A stretch of DNA of 64,000 nt from Bacteroidaceae bacterium (lineage in GTDB: Bacteria > Bacteroidota > Bacteroidia > Bacteroidales > Bacteroidaceae): positions 2,513-66,512 of the forward strand of contig JAVVPX010000001.1 in NCBI GenBank assembly GCA_036655555.1, given 5' to 3'. The position numbers were made by a program, and so were the translations under genes. The notes under the pieces were generated by a model that was given only the letters and a program-made list of their open reading frames with translations, ran no database searches and had not been told where the DNA came from. Below are positions 21,478 through 32,070 of this stretch, piece by piece. Numbering within the stretch: the stretch's first letter is position 1; each line of letters starts with the position of its first letter.

Positions 21478-23655
21478 ATGGCAACGTTACAAAAAATTAG
21501 GACCCAAGGACCATTATTGGTCATTGTTATTGGTCTTGCTCTATTCGCTTTCATTGCAGGAGATGCTTGGAAAATCTTTCAACCACATCAAGGACAAAAT
21601 GATGTTGGAGAAATAAATGGCGAAACAATCTCCGCACAAGAATATCAAAAGATGGTAGATGAATATAGCGACATCATCAAATCTTCAAGGGGCGTTAGTT
21701 CTCTTAATGATGATGAGCTTACTAGCATCAAAGACGAAGTTTGGAAAACTTATGTATCAAATAAGCTGATTGAGGATGAAGCTGAAAAATTAGGATTAAC
21801 AGTTTCTAAAGCTGAGGTTCAATCAATCATCGAAGAAGGTACAAATCCTATGTTACAGAATACTCCTTTCAAAAATCCTCAAACAGGAGCTTTTGATAAA
21901 GACATGTTGAAGAAGTTTTTAGTGGATTACGCAAAGATGGATAAACAACAAACTCCTCCTCAATACTTAGAGTATTACGAAAAGATGAGTAACTTTTGGA
22001 ACTTTATTGAAAAAAGTTTGAAACAAAACCGTTTGATGGAGAAGTATCAAGCTCTATTAACTAAATCTTTAATCTCGAATCCTATCGAAGCAAAAGCTTC
22101 TTTTGAAGCACGCGTCAATCAATCAAATTTATTGCTTGCAGCAGTGCCTTATGCCTCAATTGTAGATTCTACAATCGCAGTTAGCGACGCAGAATTAAAA
22201 GAGTTGTATAACAAGAAAAAGGAACAGTTTAAACAATATGTAGAATCTCGCAACATCAAGTATATCGATGTGCAAGTGATACCTAGCAAAGAAGACAGAG
22301 CCGAAGTAGAAAAAGAAACAAAAGAATATACCGGACAGCTAACTAATACAACGACTGATTATGCGGCGTTCATCCGTTCTACCGGTTCAAGTTATCCTTT
22401 TGCCGATGTGTTCTATTCTAAAACAGCTTATCCCGCAGACATTGCATCGCACATGGATTCTACTGCAATGGGTATTGTTTATGGTCCTTATTACAACGCG
22501 TCCGACGATTCTTTTAATTCATTCAAGATATTAGCAACAGCCGCTACTCCTGATTCAATACAATATCGTCAGATACTTGTTGCTGCAGAAGACGAAGCCA
22601 AAACAAAAACATTGTCCGACAGTATTTATAATGCTATCAAAGGTGGCGCAGACTTTGCAGAGTTAGCTAAAAAATATTCACGCGACAATGCAGGAGGCGA
22701 ATCTAATTGGATGGTTGCTCAAAGTTACGAAAACGCTACTTTAGATGCAGACAACACCAAATATATTAATACTTTGAATGGCTTAGCTCTTAATGAACTT
22801 ACCAACATAAAGTTAGGTCAAGCAAATGCTATTTTACAGGTACTTGACAGAAAAGCTATTAAAGAGAAATATAAGGTAGCTGTTATCAAACGTCCGGTAA
22901 ACTTCAGCAAAGAAACTTACAACAAAACATATAACGACTTCAGCCAGTTCATCGCTACTAACGGTACGTTAGAGAAAATGACTTCTAATGCTGAAGAAGC
23001 AGGATATAAATTGTTAGAAAAGAATGATTTTTATAGTGCATCGCATACCGTTGGAGATATTAAAGGTACAAGAGAAGCTCTTAAGTGGGTATTTGAAGCT
23101 AAACCGGGAAGTATTTCTGAATTATATGAATGCGGAGAAAGCGACAGACTATTGGTTGTAGGTGTAGAAAGCGTTATCGAAGCAGGATACAGACCTTTGG
23201 AATTTGTAAAAGACCAATTAAAAGCAGAGATTATCAAAGACAAAAAAGCTGAAAAGATTATGGCAGACATCAAAGCTAAGAATATTTCTAACTTTGAGCA
23301 ATGTAAATCTATCACTAATGTAATAACTGATACAGTTAAATACGTAAACTTCGCCAGCCCTACATTTGTAAATGCACTACGTAGCAGTGAACCTCTTGTT
23401 GGTGCTTACGCATCTATCACAGACGTGAACAAGATGAGCGCACCTATCAAAGGCAATGCAGGTGTATTTGTGTTCCAAGTTTATAGCAAGGAAAAGCAAA
23501 ACGAAGTATTCAACGAAAAGACAGAAGAACAGACCATTGCAAATATGGCAGGCAACAGCATCAGACAATTCTTCTATTCACTTTATCAAATGCCTACCAC
23601 TAACCGTTTATACCAAAACGCTAAGGTAAAAGACACACGTTACTTGTTCTTCTAA
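21478..23655 (+). CDS. PpiD/SurA-N-domain peptidyl-prolyl isomerase chaperone
   Basis: N-terminal anchor MATLQKIR..LFAFI, VGEINGETIS, parvulin motif GADFAELAKKYSRD. Confidence 0.85.
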   Translation: MATLQKIRTQGPLLVIVIGLALFAFIAGDAWKIFQPHQGQNDVGEINGETISAQEYQKMVDEYSDIIKSSRGVSSLNDDELTSIKDEVWKTYVSNKLIEDEAEKLGLTVSKAEVQSIIEEGTNPMLQNTPFKNPQTGAFDKDMLKKFLVDYAKMDKQQTPPQYLEYYEKMSNFWNFIEKSLKQNRLMEKYQALLTKSLISNPIEAKASFEARVNQSNLLLAAVPYASIVDSTIAVSDAELKELYNKKKEQFKQYVESRNIKYIDVQVIPSKEDRAEVEKETKEYTGQLTNTTTDYAAFIRSTGSSYPFADVFYSKTAYPADIASHMDSTAMGIVYGPYYNASDDSFNSFKILATAATPDSIQYRQILVAAEDEAKTKTLSDSIYNAIKGGADFAELAKKYSRDNAGGESNWMVAQSYENATLDADNTKYINTLNGLALNELTNIKLGQANAILQVLDRKAIKEKYKVAVIKRPVNFSKETYNKTYNDFSQFIATNGTLEKMTSNAEEAGYKLLEKNDFYSASHTVGDIKGTREALKWVFEAKPGSISELYECGESDRLLVVGVESVIEAGYRPLEFVKDQLKAEIIKDKKAEKIMADIKAKNISNFEQCKSITNVITDTVKYVNFASPTFVNALRSSEPLVGAYASITDVNKMSAPIKGNAGVFVFQVYSKEKQNEVFNEKTEEQTIANMAGNSIRQFFYSLYQMPTTNRLYQNAKVKDTRYLFF

Positions 23656-23682
23656 AAAGAAGATTATAATACAGCACTCGAT

Positions 23683-23724
23683 AAATGAGCGAAGAACTAA
23701 TAATTCTTCGCTCATTTTCATTTT
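23683..23724 (+). terminator. Intrinsic terminator after ppiD-like gene
   Basis: Perfect 14-bp stem AAATGAGCGAAGAA / TTCTTCGCTCATTT followed by a T-rich tail. Confidence 0.85.
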
Positions 23725-23732
23725 AGGGAATA

Positions 23733-23754
23733 TTTTATGTTCAATAACATATTA
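23733..23754. promoter_or_regulatory. Candidate Crp-family (Cur/BT4338-type) operator upstream of pflB
   Basis: TTT-TATGTT-CAAT-AACATA-TTA: perfect TATGTT-N4-AACATA palindrome with A/T flanks, ~40 nt upstream of the -7 box. Confidence 0.65.
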
Positions 23755-23792
23755 TACGCATCCTATATACCTATAATATGAACTATTAGTCG

Positions 23793-23800
23793 TAACTTTG
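23793..23800 (+). promoter_or_regulatory. -7 promoter box (TAACTTTG) for pflB
   Basis: Exact TAnnTTTG-C about 30 nt upstream of the start. Confidence 0.65.
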
Positions 23801-23831
23801 CACACTCTAATTAGATATTAACCTAATATAA

Positions 23832-26069
23832 ATGCAATTTATGGAATTGAACAAAACCTTTAAAGATGGTTCTTGGAGTAAAGAAATCAATGTTACAGAC
23901 TTTGTAAAGACGAACATCACCCCCTACACCGGCGACGCATCTTTTCTTGTCGGTCCAACAGAGCGTACTAAACAGGTATGGTCTATTTGCCTTGATGCTA
24001 TTGAAGAAGAAAGAGCCAACAATGGTGTACGTTCAATAGACAACCATACGGTTTCTACCATTTCTTCACATCAAGCTGGATATATTGATAAGGAGAATGA
24101 GCTTATCGTAGGATTACAAACAGATGAATTGCTCAGACGAGCTATTAAACCTTTTGGTGGCATCAATGTAGTATCTAAAGCCTGCAAAGAAAACGGAATA
24201 GAAGTAGATGAGAAGGTGAAAGACATCTTCACGCATTATCGCAAAACTCACAATGATGGAGTTTTTGATATCTATACCGAAGAAATTCGTTCGTTCCGCT
24301 CATTAGGTTTCCTTACCGGATTGCCGGATAACTATGCTCGTGGACGTATTATCGGCGACTATCGTCGTATGGCTCTCTATGGCATCGACCGTTTAATAGA
24401 GGCTAAACAAGAAGACCTGCACAATCTTACCGGACCTATGGACGACGCACGTATTCGTCTTAGAGAAGAAGTAGCTGAACAGATTAAGGCATTGAAAGAA
24501 ATGAAAGTAATGGGAGATTATTACGGTCTCGATCTTTCCCGTCCCGCACACACAGCACAAGAAGCTGTGCAATGGGTATATATGGCTTATCTTGCTGCTG
24601 TAAAAGAGCAAGACGGCGCAGCTATGTCGCTTGGAAATGTATCTTCATTCCTCGACATTTATATCGATTATGAATTGTCACAAGGGATAATTGACGAAAT
24701 ATTTGCTCAAGAGCTTATCGACCAATTTGTTATTAAACTTCGTATGGTTCGTCACTTGCGTATGCAGTCGTATAACGACATTTTTGCAGGTGATCCTACT
24801 TGGGTAACAGAATCTCTTGGAGGAACGTTCAATGACGGACGTACTAAAGTAACAAAGACTTCGTTCCGTTTCCTACAAACATTATATAATTTAGGAGCTT
24901 CTCCGGAACCAAATTTAACTGTTCTTTGGAGCCCTGAATTGCCCGAAGGTTTCAAAGCTTTCTGCTCCAAGGTATCTATCGACACTTCGTCTATCCAATA
25001 CGAAAACGATACTTTAATGCGTGAAGTTCGTAACTCCGACGATTACGGTATTGCTTGCTGTGTATCTTATCAAGATATTGGTCGTCAAATTCAGTTCTTC
25101 GGAGCACGTTGTAACCTAGCTAAAGCCTTATTGTTGGCTATCAATGGCGGACGTTGCGAAAATACCGGAACGGTAATGGTTAAGGATATTCCTGTTTTGA
25201 CCGGAGATACCTTGAAGTTCGAAGAGGTAATGGCAAACTACAAAAAGGTATTGACGCAAATTGCACGCATTTACAACGAAGCAATGAACATCATCCACTA
25301 CACTCACGATAAGTATTATTACGAAAAGGCTCAGATGGCACTTATTGATACTAATCCGCGCATTAACTTAGCTTATGGAGCTGCTGGACTTTCTATCGCT
25401 ATCGATTCTCTTTCTGCTATCAAATACGGAAAAGTAAACACTCATCGTAACGAGATAGGTTTGACTGACCGATTCGATATCCAAGGAGAATTTCCTTGCT
25501 TTGGCAACGATGATGACCGAGTAGATCATCTTGGTGTGGATTTAGTTTATTTCTTCAGCGAAGAACTGAAAAAGTTACCGGTATATAAAAATGCACGCCC
25601 TACCCTTTCGTTGCTGACTATTACTTCTAACGTAATGTATGGTAAGAAGACAGGTGCTACTCCTGACGGACGTTTGAAAGGTGTACCTTTTGCTCCGGGA
25701 GCTAATCCTATGCATGGGCGAGACAAAAACGGTGCTATTGCATCGCTTAGTTCAGTGGCTAAATTGCGTTACCGTGATTCACAAGATGGTATTAGTAATA
25801 CTTTCTCTATCGTGCCTAAATCGTTGGGACCAACAGATGAAGACAAAATTGATAACTTAACGACCATGATTGACGGTTACTTCACCAAAGGAGCTCATCA
25901 CTTAAACGTGAACGTGCTTAACCGTGAGATGCTAAAAGATGCAATGGAACATCCCGAAAATTATCCTCAGCTAACTATTCGTGTATCCGGTTATGCCGTA
26001 AACTTTGTTAGTTTAAGTCGTGAACATCAATTAGAAGTTATATCAAGAAGCTTCCATGAAAGAATGTAA
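23832..26069 (+). CDS. pflB: Formate C-acetyltransferase (pyruvate formate-lyase)
   Basis: [27 protein letters not shown] (Cys-Cys pair), [13 protein letters not shown] glycyl-radical loop. Confidence 0.96.
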   Translation: MQFMELNKTFKDGSWSKEINVTDFVKTNITPYTGDASFLVGPTERTKQVWSICLDAIEEERANNGVRSIDNHTVSTISSHQAGYIDKENELIVGLQTDELLRRAIKPFGGINVVSKACKENGIEVDEKVKDIFTHYRKTHNDGVFDIYTEEIRSFRSLGFLTGLPDNYARGRIIGDYRRMALYGIDRLIEAKQEDLHNLTGPMDDARIRLREEVAEQIKALKEMKVMGDYYGLDLSRPAHTAQEAVQWVYMAYLAAVKEQDGAAMSLGNVSSFLDIYIDYELSQGIIDEIFAQELIDQFVIKLRMVRHLRMQSYNDIFAGDPTWVTESLGGTFNDGRTKVTKTSFRFLQTLYNLGASPEPNLTVLWSPELPEGFKAFCSKVSIDTSSIQYENDTLMREVRNSDDYGIACCVSYQDIGRQIQFFGARCNLAKALLLAINGGRCENTGTVMVKDIPVLTGDTLKFEEVMANYKKVLTQIARIYNEAMNIIHYTHDKYYYEKAQMALIDTNPRINLAYGAAGLSIAIDSLSAIKYGKVNTHRNEIGLTDRFDIQGEFPCFGNDDDRVDHLGVDLVYFFSEELKKLPVYKNARPTLSLLTITSNVMYGKKTGATPDGRLKGVPFAPGANPMHGRDKNGAIASLSSVAKLRYRDSQDGISNTFSIVPKSLGPTDEDKIDNLTTMIDGYFTKGAHHLNVNVLNREMLKDAMEHPENYPQLTIRVSGYAVNFVSLSREHQLEVISRSFHERM

Positions 26070-26799
26070 TTTAACTATAAATATTCACTCTTACGAAAGT
26101 ATGGGAACATTCGACGGGCCGGGTCTTCGGCTCGTCGTTTTCTTACAAGGATGCAACTTCCGATGTTTGTATTGCGCTAATCCCGATACAATCACTTTTA
26201 AAGGTGGAACGCCTACCGAACCGGAAAAAATTGTGCAGATGGCTTTTAGTCAAAAAGCTTTCTTTGGTAAGAAAGGCGGCATCACGTTTAGTGGAGGAGA
26301 ACCAACCGTACAGGCAGCAGCACTCATTCCGCTCTTTCAAGATTTAAAAGAGAAAGGAATACATATTTGTTTAGACACCAATGGAGGCGTATGGAATGCA
26401 GATGTAGAGAAACTCTTGGAATTGACAGACCTAGTTATGCTGGATGTAAAAGAGTTTGAGCCTACTCATCACCAAGAGTTAACAGGAAAGAGCAACGAAC
26501 AGACTTTAGCAACAGCAGCATGGCTCGAAGAAAAAGGTAAACCGATGTGGTTGAGATATGTGCTTGTACCGGGATATACCGATTCAGAGAGCGATATTGA
26601 AGCTTGGTGTAAGCATTTTACAGATTATAAAAATATTCAACGAATAGAGATACTCCCCTATCACCGTTTGGGAGCACACAAATACGAGGCATTGGGAAAA
26701 CCTTATTTATTGAAAGCAGTAAAAGAAAATACTCCCGAACAATTAGAATTGGCGCGCAAACATTTTGCTCGATATTTCCCGGTTGTATATGTAAACTAA
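26056..26799 (+). CDS. pflA: PFL-activating radical SAM enzyme
   Basis: [26 protein letters not shown] (CxxxCxxC), [13 protein letters not shown]. Confidence 0.95.
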   Translation: MKECNLTINIHSYESMGTFDGPGLRLVVFLQGCNFRCLYCANPDTITFKGGTPTEPEKIVQMAFSQKAFFGKKGGITFSGGEPTVQAAALIPLFQDLKEKGIHICLDTNGGVWNADVEKLLELTDLVMLDVKEFEPTHHQELTGKSNEQTLATAAWLEEKGKPMWLRYVLVPGYTDSESDIEAWCKHFTDYKNIQRIEILPYHRLGAHKYEALGKPYLLKAVKENTPEQLELARKHFARYFPVVYVN

Positions 26800-26812
26800 A
26801 GCAGAAAGAATC

Positions 26813-27727
26813 ATGAAGAAAGGTCTTATGTATGCCATCTTGGCTTCAGTGTTATGGGCAATAGTAAATCCATTCATCAAGCAGGGATTAAGTTACGATT
26901 TTACTCCGATGAACTTTGCCGGAATACGCTTCACCACTGTGGGGATTATTCTTTTTGCCTATACTTGGCACAAAGGGATGTGGGCGGAAATTAAACAAAA
27001 CAGCAAGCTATTTATAAACCTCATCCTCATCAATATGCTGTTGGGATATTCTGCTTTCTACTTTGGAGTAGACTTTGTGAGCGGCGCAATATCTTCCATC
27101 ATTATGGGTATGACACCCCTTATCAATGTGTTGCTGGCTCACTTCTTGGCAAGCAACGACAAATTGAACGTATATAAAATAACCAGCATCGTCATTAGTC
27201 TTGCCGGACTATTGCTCATCGTTGGTATGGGTAGCAATGGCGCGCCTTTAGATTGGAAAAGTATTGTTGGCATCGGCTTGCTCCTACTAAGCATCATCTT
27301 TCAAGGCTACTCTGCCATCTCGGTTTCGGAAAACAAGAAAGGAGTAAATCCTATCTTCCTCAATGCCGTACAGATGTTTTTCGGCGGACTACTCATCTAT
27401 ATAGTTGGACTTTCAACCGAAGGTTATCATAGTTTTATCGGCAAGCCAATTGGTTTTTATATAAGCCTAGGCATCTTAATCTTTATCTCTGTATTTGCTT
27501 TTAGCTTTTGGTTTATAGCACTCCAAAGCAAAGGTTCCAAAGTGAGCGACATTAATATGTGTCGACTTATCAATCCGATACTCGGAGCAATACTAAGTTG
27601 GTTGATGCTTTCGGACGAATATCCAACATTCAGCACCGTAGCGGGAATGATTATCATTGTAAGCTCATTGATTGTATACTTCAAGGGCGAAGTCATCGTC
27701 GATAAATTCAGAAAAAAACTCCACTAA
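26813..27727 (+). CDS. DMT/EamA family transporter
   Basis: 304 aa, ~10 TM segments in two EamA repeats; 13 nt downstream of pflA. Confidence 0.88.
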   Translation: MKKGLMYAILASVLWAIVNPFIKQGLSYDFTPMNFAGIRFTTVGIILFAYTWHKGMWAEIKQNSKLFINLILINMLLGYSAFYFGVDFVSGAISSIIMGMTPLINVLLAHFLASNDKLNVYKITSIVISLAGLLLIVGMGSNGAPLDWKSIVGIGLLLLSIIFQGYSAISVSENKKGVNPIFLNAVQMFFGGLLIYIVGLSTEGYHSFIGKPIGFYISLGILIFISVFAFSFWFIALQSKGSKVSDINMCRLINPILGAILSWLMLSDEYPTFSTVAGMIIIVSSLIVYFKGEVIVDKFRKKLH

Positions 27728-27813
27728 TAAAAGAAATTGCCGCCTCAATTGTACCCATACTTTCCTCAAGTATGGAGGAGTGATTTATTAACTTTTTTGG
27801 GGTAATAATTGCT

Positions 27814-27890
27814 TTAAAAGTCTTCAGTATTATAAAAAAAACAAACAGTATTATTTTAAAAATCTTCTGTATTATTTTTTAAGCCTTCAA
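27814..27890. repeat. Intergenic 21-bp-period repeat, copy 1 (A-B-A'-degenerate)
   Basis: Core C at 27825, 27846, 27867 and 27888 (exact 21-nt spacing). Units TTAAAAGTCTTCAGTATTATA / AAAAAAACAAACAGTATTATT / TTAAAAATCTTCTGTATTATT. Confidence 0.85.
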
Positions 27891-27952
27891 GGAGATTTTT
27901 ATCAAACCTTTCTCTTTCTTGATTGTTGTACTACAAACGATATTAGAGCAAC

Positions 27953-29008
27953 ATGAAAGAAAGTCACCTATACTTCTTGGTCATTTATTGTGCACTGACA
28001 GCTTGCGGAAGCAACGAGCAAAAGTCTACACAAACGCTCCAACCTGTCAAAGTGGGAACAGTGGAGTCACGAACAGATATACGCAAAGATTTCTCGGGAA
28101 TAGTAGAAGCTGTGGACTTCGTGAAGTTAGCCTTCAGAGTGAGCGGACAAATTATAGAACTTCCCATTGTAGAAGGTCAGCGAGTAGAGAAAGGACAATT
28201 GATAGCAGCTATCGACACTCGCGATATTGCCTTGCAATACGCAGCAGATAAAGCATCGTACCTTACGGCTGCAGCACAAGTGGAACGTAACAAACGTTTG
28301 CTTTCGAAACAAGCCATTTCGGTACAAGAATTCGAGATAAGTGAAGCAAATTATCAAAGAAGTAAATCTGCTTACGAACTATCCGTTAATAATCTTCGTG
28401 ACGCACGATTAATTGCTCCTTTTGCCGGTTCTATCGAAAAAAAGCTAGCCGAAAACTATCAACGGGTATCTTCCGGCGTATCTATCGTACAATTAGTAGA
28501 TACAAAGAAACTACGGATAAAATTTACTATTCCGGACAATTATCTCTACCTCTTGCAAGCAAATAAGATGAGTTTCGGAGTAGAATTTGATACGTATAGA
28601 GGAAAGATTTTTAATGCTCGCCTAGAAGAATTCTTAGATATATCTACCGATGGCACAGGCATTCCGGTAACTTTACTCATCGACGACCCTAAGTTTAAGC
28701 AAGAGATTCCTGAAATAAAGCCGGGCTTCACGTGCAGCGTTCATTTAGAAGCAAATATAGGTAGTTTACTTACCGAAGGCATGACTATAATCCCACTTAG
28801 CGCACTCTTTCAATCTCCCGGCAATTCACAAACAAACGTATGGGTAGTAAGTAATAATAATAAGGTGAATCGCAGGGAAGTAACCGTATATTCTCCTACC
28901 GGCGACAGTCAAGTGTTTATTTCCAAAGGACTAAGTCCGGGTGAAAATATCATCGTCGCGGGTGTATATCAACTAACAGAGGGTGAACAGGTAAAAACCA
29001 TTAAATAA
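27953..29008 (+). CDS. RND efflux periplasmic adaptor (membrane fusion lipoprotein)
   Basis: Lipobox LTAC, LAFRVSGQI, EGQRVEKGQLIA, LIAPFAGSI, GLSPGENIIVAG. Confidence 0.93.
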   Translation: MKESHLYFLVIYCALTACGSNEQKSTQTLQPVKVGTVESRTDIRKDFSGIVEAVDFVKLAFRVSGQIIELPIVEGQRVEKGQLIAAIDTRDIALQYAADKASYLTAAAQVERNKRLLSKQAISVQEFEISEANYQRSKSAYELSVNNLRDARLIAPFAGSIEKKLAENYQRVSSGVSIVQLVDTKKLRIKFTIPDNYLYLLQANKMSFGVEFDTYRGKIFNARLEEFLDISTDGTGIPVTLLIDDPKFKQEIPEIKPGFTCSVHLEANIGSLLTEGMTIIPLSALFQSPGNSQTNVWVVSNNNKVNRREVTVYSPTGDSQVFISKGLSPGENIIVAGVYQLTEGEQVKTIK

Positions 29009-29023
29009 GAGGAGAACGCATCA

Positions 29024-32000
29024 ATGGTAAATATCGCCCAATACTCTTTAAGTCATACCAAAATCATTTACTTTTTCCTTGCCGTGCTGCTGGTGGGAGG
29101 ACTTTTCTCCTTCGGACAGTTGGGGAAGAAAGAAGACGCTCCCTTTGTTATCAAGTCGGCAGTTATCATGACACGCTATCCCGGAGCCTCCCCCGCCGAA
29201 GTAGAACAACTTATCACCGAACCTATTTCAAGAGAAATACAATCGATGAGCGGAGTACATAAAATAAAGTCCGAATCGATGTATGGCATCTCGAAAATAA
29301 CTTTTGAGTTACAACCTAGTCTATCAGCTTCGGACATTCCTCAAAAATGGGACGAGTTACGCCGCAAAGTTCTCAATATACAATCCTCTTTACCCCCCGG
29401 AGCTTCCATTCCTACCGTGTCTGATGATTACGGTGATGTATTTGGTATCTATTATGGATTGACTGCCGACGATGGCTTTAGTTATCAAGAAATGAGGGAT
29501 TGGGCAGAGCGCATTAAGACACAAGTAATTACTGCCGACGGAGTGATGAAAGTTGCTTTATTTGGAGTGCAAACCGAAGTGATAAACGTATTTATGTCTG
29601 TCAACAAACTAGCAAGTATAGGAATTGACCCCAAACAACTTTCAGGACTTATCCAATCACAAAATCAAATTATTAATGCAGGCGAAATTAATGCTAACCC
29701 CATGCAATTGCGTATTGTAGCAGATGGCACTTATTCCAATCTAAATGATATTCGTAACCAACTTATCACCACTTCATCGGGTAAACAAGTAAGATTAGGA
29801 GATATCGCCACCGTAGAGAAGGGCTATCTCAGCCCTCCCGCCACCATCATGCGAGTGAACGGTAAGCCTGCCATCGGAATAGGTATATCTACCGACCCCA
29901 ACAAAGACGTAGTAAAAACCGGAGAGTTGGTAAGTCTACGCTTAAAAGAATTGTTTCCACTCATCCCCCTTGGTATCAACTTAGTTTCTCTATACCCCGA
30001 AGACGTGATTGCTAAGGAAGCGAACAACGGATTTATCATTAACTTAATAGAGTCTATACTTATCGTGATTGTTATCATTATGATTGTAATGGGATTGCGT
30101 GCAGGTATGTTGATAGGTAGCTCTCTTGTTTTTTCTATTGGAGGCACATTGCTGATTATGTCACTCATTGGCGTGGGGCTAAACCGTACTTCACTTGCGG
30201 GATTCATCATCGCTATGGGAATGTTAGTAGACAATGCTATTGTAGTAACGGATAATGCGCAAATAGCTATAGCACGAGGTGTGTCTCGTAAGAAGGCGTT
30301 AATTGACGGAGCCTCTATTCCACAATGGGGATTGCTGGGAGCTACATTTATTGCTATTTGTTCTTTTCTTCCACTCTATTTAGCTCCTTCGGCAGTAGCC
30401 GAAATAGTGAAGCCTTTGTTTATTGTACTTGCTATCTCTCTTGGATTAAGTTGGGTGTTAGCACTTACACAAACCACTACTTTCGGAAACTTTATCTTGA
30501 AAGCAGGCACAGGAATAACAGGTAAAGACCCTTACGACAAGCCTTTTTATCATCGTTTTGCCCAATTATTGGCTTTCCTTATCCGACGTCGCTGGCAAAC
30601 ACTCACCGTTATTACCGGCTTGTTTATTCTCTCTCTAGTAGTGATGAGCGTGATGCCTCAGAACTTTTTCCCCAGCTTAGACAAACCCTACTTTCGTGCC
30701 GATTGCTTCTTCCCCGATGGGTATAGCATCCTCGAAGTACAACAAGAGATGAAAAAAGTAGAAGCCGATTTGCTTAAGCGTCCCGAAGTAAAGAATGTTT
30801 CCATTACAATGGGAAGTACTCCTCTACGCTATTATCTAGCGAGCACATCGGTAGGACCGAAACCAAACTTTGCCAATATATTGATAGAATTGCACAATAG
30901 TAAGCAAACCAAGCAAGCAGAAGCAGATTTCGATACTTACATGAAACGTAATTATCCAAATGCGCTTACCCGCACTAGCCTTTTTAAACTTTCGCCTGCG
31001 GTAGATGCTGCCATAGAAATAGGTTTTATCGGCAATAATACCGATACTTTAGTGATGCTTGCCAATCAAGCGATGAAAGTGATGCATCGCTATCCTAACT
31101 TAATCAATATCCGTAATAGTTGGGGAAACAAGATTCCTATTTGGCATCCTATATTTTCTCAAGAGCGAGCTTTAGAGTTGGGTATCTCTCGCCAATCAAT
31201 GGCACAATCTATCCAAATAGCCACCACCGGAATGACTTTAGGTGAATTTCGACAAGGGGACGTGTTGCTACCCATCCTATTAAAAGGAAATGCTATCGAT
31301 TCTTTCAAAATAAACAATATGCGCACCTTGCCGGTATTTGGTTCGCAAGAGATTACCACCACTTTAGAACAAGTGGTGAGTAACTTCGATTTTTCTTATC
31401 AATTTAGCAACGTGAAAGATTACAACCGTCAAAAAGTAATGATGGCGCAATGCGACCCCACTCGTGACCAAAATGCGATTGCGGCTTTCAACGAAGTATG
31501 GGCAGCAATACAGCAAGAAATTACCGTGCCCGAAGGTTATAGCATGAAGTTCTTCGGAGAACAAGAAAGTCAACAAGAATCTAACGAAGCCTTAGCCGCT
31601 AATATGCCCTTAACATTACTACTCATGTTTATTACCTTGCTTTTCTTATTTTCCAACTACAAGAAACCAATCGTTATCCTACTCATGATTCCACTCATCT
31701 TTATCGGTATTGTGTTAGGATTGATAGTAATGAACAAGTCTTTTGACTTTTTTGCCGTGCTGGGTATGTTAGGACTAATAGGAATGAACATAAAGAATGC
31801 TATCGTATTGATAGAACAAATTGACATAGAAATGAACAAAGGACTTGTTCCTCGCAATGCAGTAATAAATGCTACGGTAAGTCGTATTGTTCCGGTAGCA
31901 ATGGCTTCGGGAACTACCATTTTAGGAATGCTGCCCTTGGTATTTGATGCTATGTTTGGAAGCATGGCGGCTACTATTATGGGGGGACTTCTGGTGGCCT

Positions 32001-32059
32001 CTGCTCTTACTTTACTTATTCTTCCGGTAGCTTATTGTACTATTCTAAAGATTAAATAG
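29024..32059 (+). CDS. RND efflux permease (AcrB/AcrD/AcrF family)
   Basis: YPGASPAEVE, GMLVDNAIVV, KNAIVL, RIVPV, 12-TM pattern. Confidence 0.95.
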   Translation: MVNIAQYSLSHTKIIYFFLAVLLVGGLFSFGQLGKKEDAPFVIKSAVIMTRYPGASPAEVEQLITEPISREIQSMSGVHKIKSESMYGISKITFELQPSLSASDIPQKWDELRRKVLNIQSSLPPGASIPTVSDDYGDVFGIYYGLTADDGFSYQEMRDWAERIKTQVITADGVMKVALFGVQTEVINVFMSVNKLASIGIDPKQLSGLIQSQNQIINAGEINANPMQLRIVADGTYSNLNDIRNQLITTSSGKQVRLGDIATVEKGYLSPPATIMRVNGKPAIGIGISTDPNKDVVKTGELVSLRLKELFPLIPLGINLVSLYPEDVIAKEANNGFIINLIESILIVIVIIMIVMGLRAGMLIGSSLVFSIGGTLLIMSLIGVGLNRTSLAGFIIAMGMLVDNAIVVTDNAQIAIARGVSRKKALIDGASIPQWGLLGATFIAICSFLPLYLAPSAVAEIVKPLFIVLAISLGLSWVLALTQTTTFGNFILKAGTGITGKDPYDKPFYHRFAQLLAFLIRRRWQTLTVITGLFILSLVVMSVMPQNFFPSLDKPYFRADCFFPDGYSILEVQQEMKKVEADLLKRPEVKNVSITMGSTPLRYYLASTSVGPKPNFANILIELHNSKQTKQAEADFDTYMKRNYPNALTRTSLFKLSPAVDAAIEIGFIGNNTDTLVMLANQAMKVMHRYPNLINIRNSWGNKIPIWHPIFSQERALELGISRQSMAQSIQIATTGMTLGEFRQGDVLLPILLKGNAIDSFKINNMRTLPVFGSQEITTTLEQVVSNFDFSYQFSNVKDYNRQKVMMAQCDPTRDQNAIAAFNEVWAAIQQEITVPEGYSMKFFGEQESQQESNEALAANMPLTLLLMFITLLFLFSNYKKPIVILLMIPLIFIGIVLGLIVMNKSFDFFAVLGMLGLIGMNIKNAIVLIEQIDIEMNKGLVPRNAVINATVSRIVPVAMASGTTILGMLPLVFDAMFGSMAATIMGGLLVASALTLLILPVAYCTILKIK

Positions 32060-32070
32060 AAACTTAGCTC

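Noticed and set aside
23575-23620. LYQ...LYQ micro-duplication at the PpiD-like C-terminus
   Set aside because: Only ~3 codons are repeated and the frame is preserved; no evidence of functional significance.
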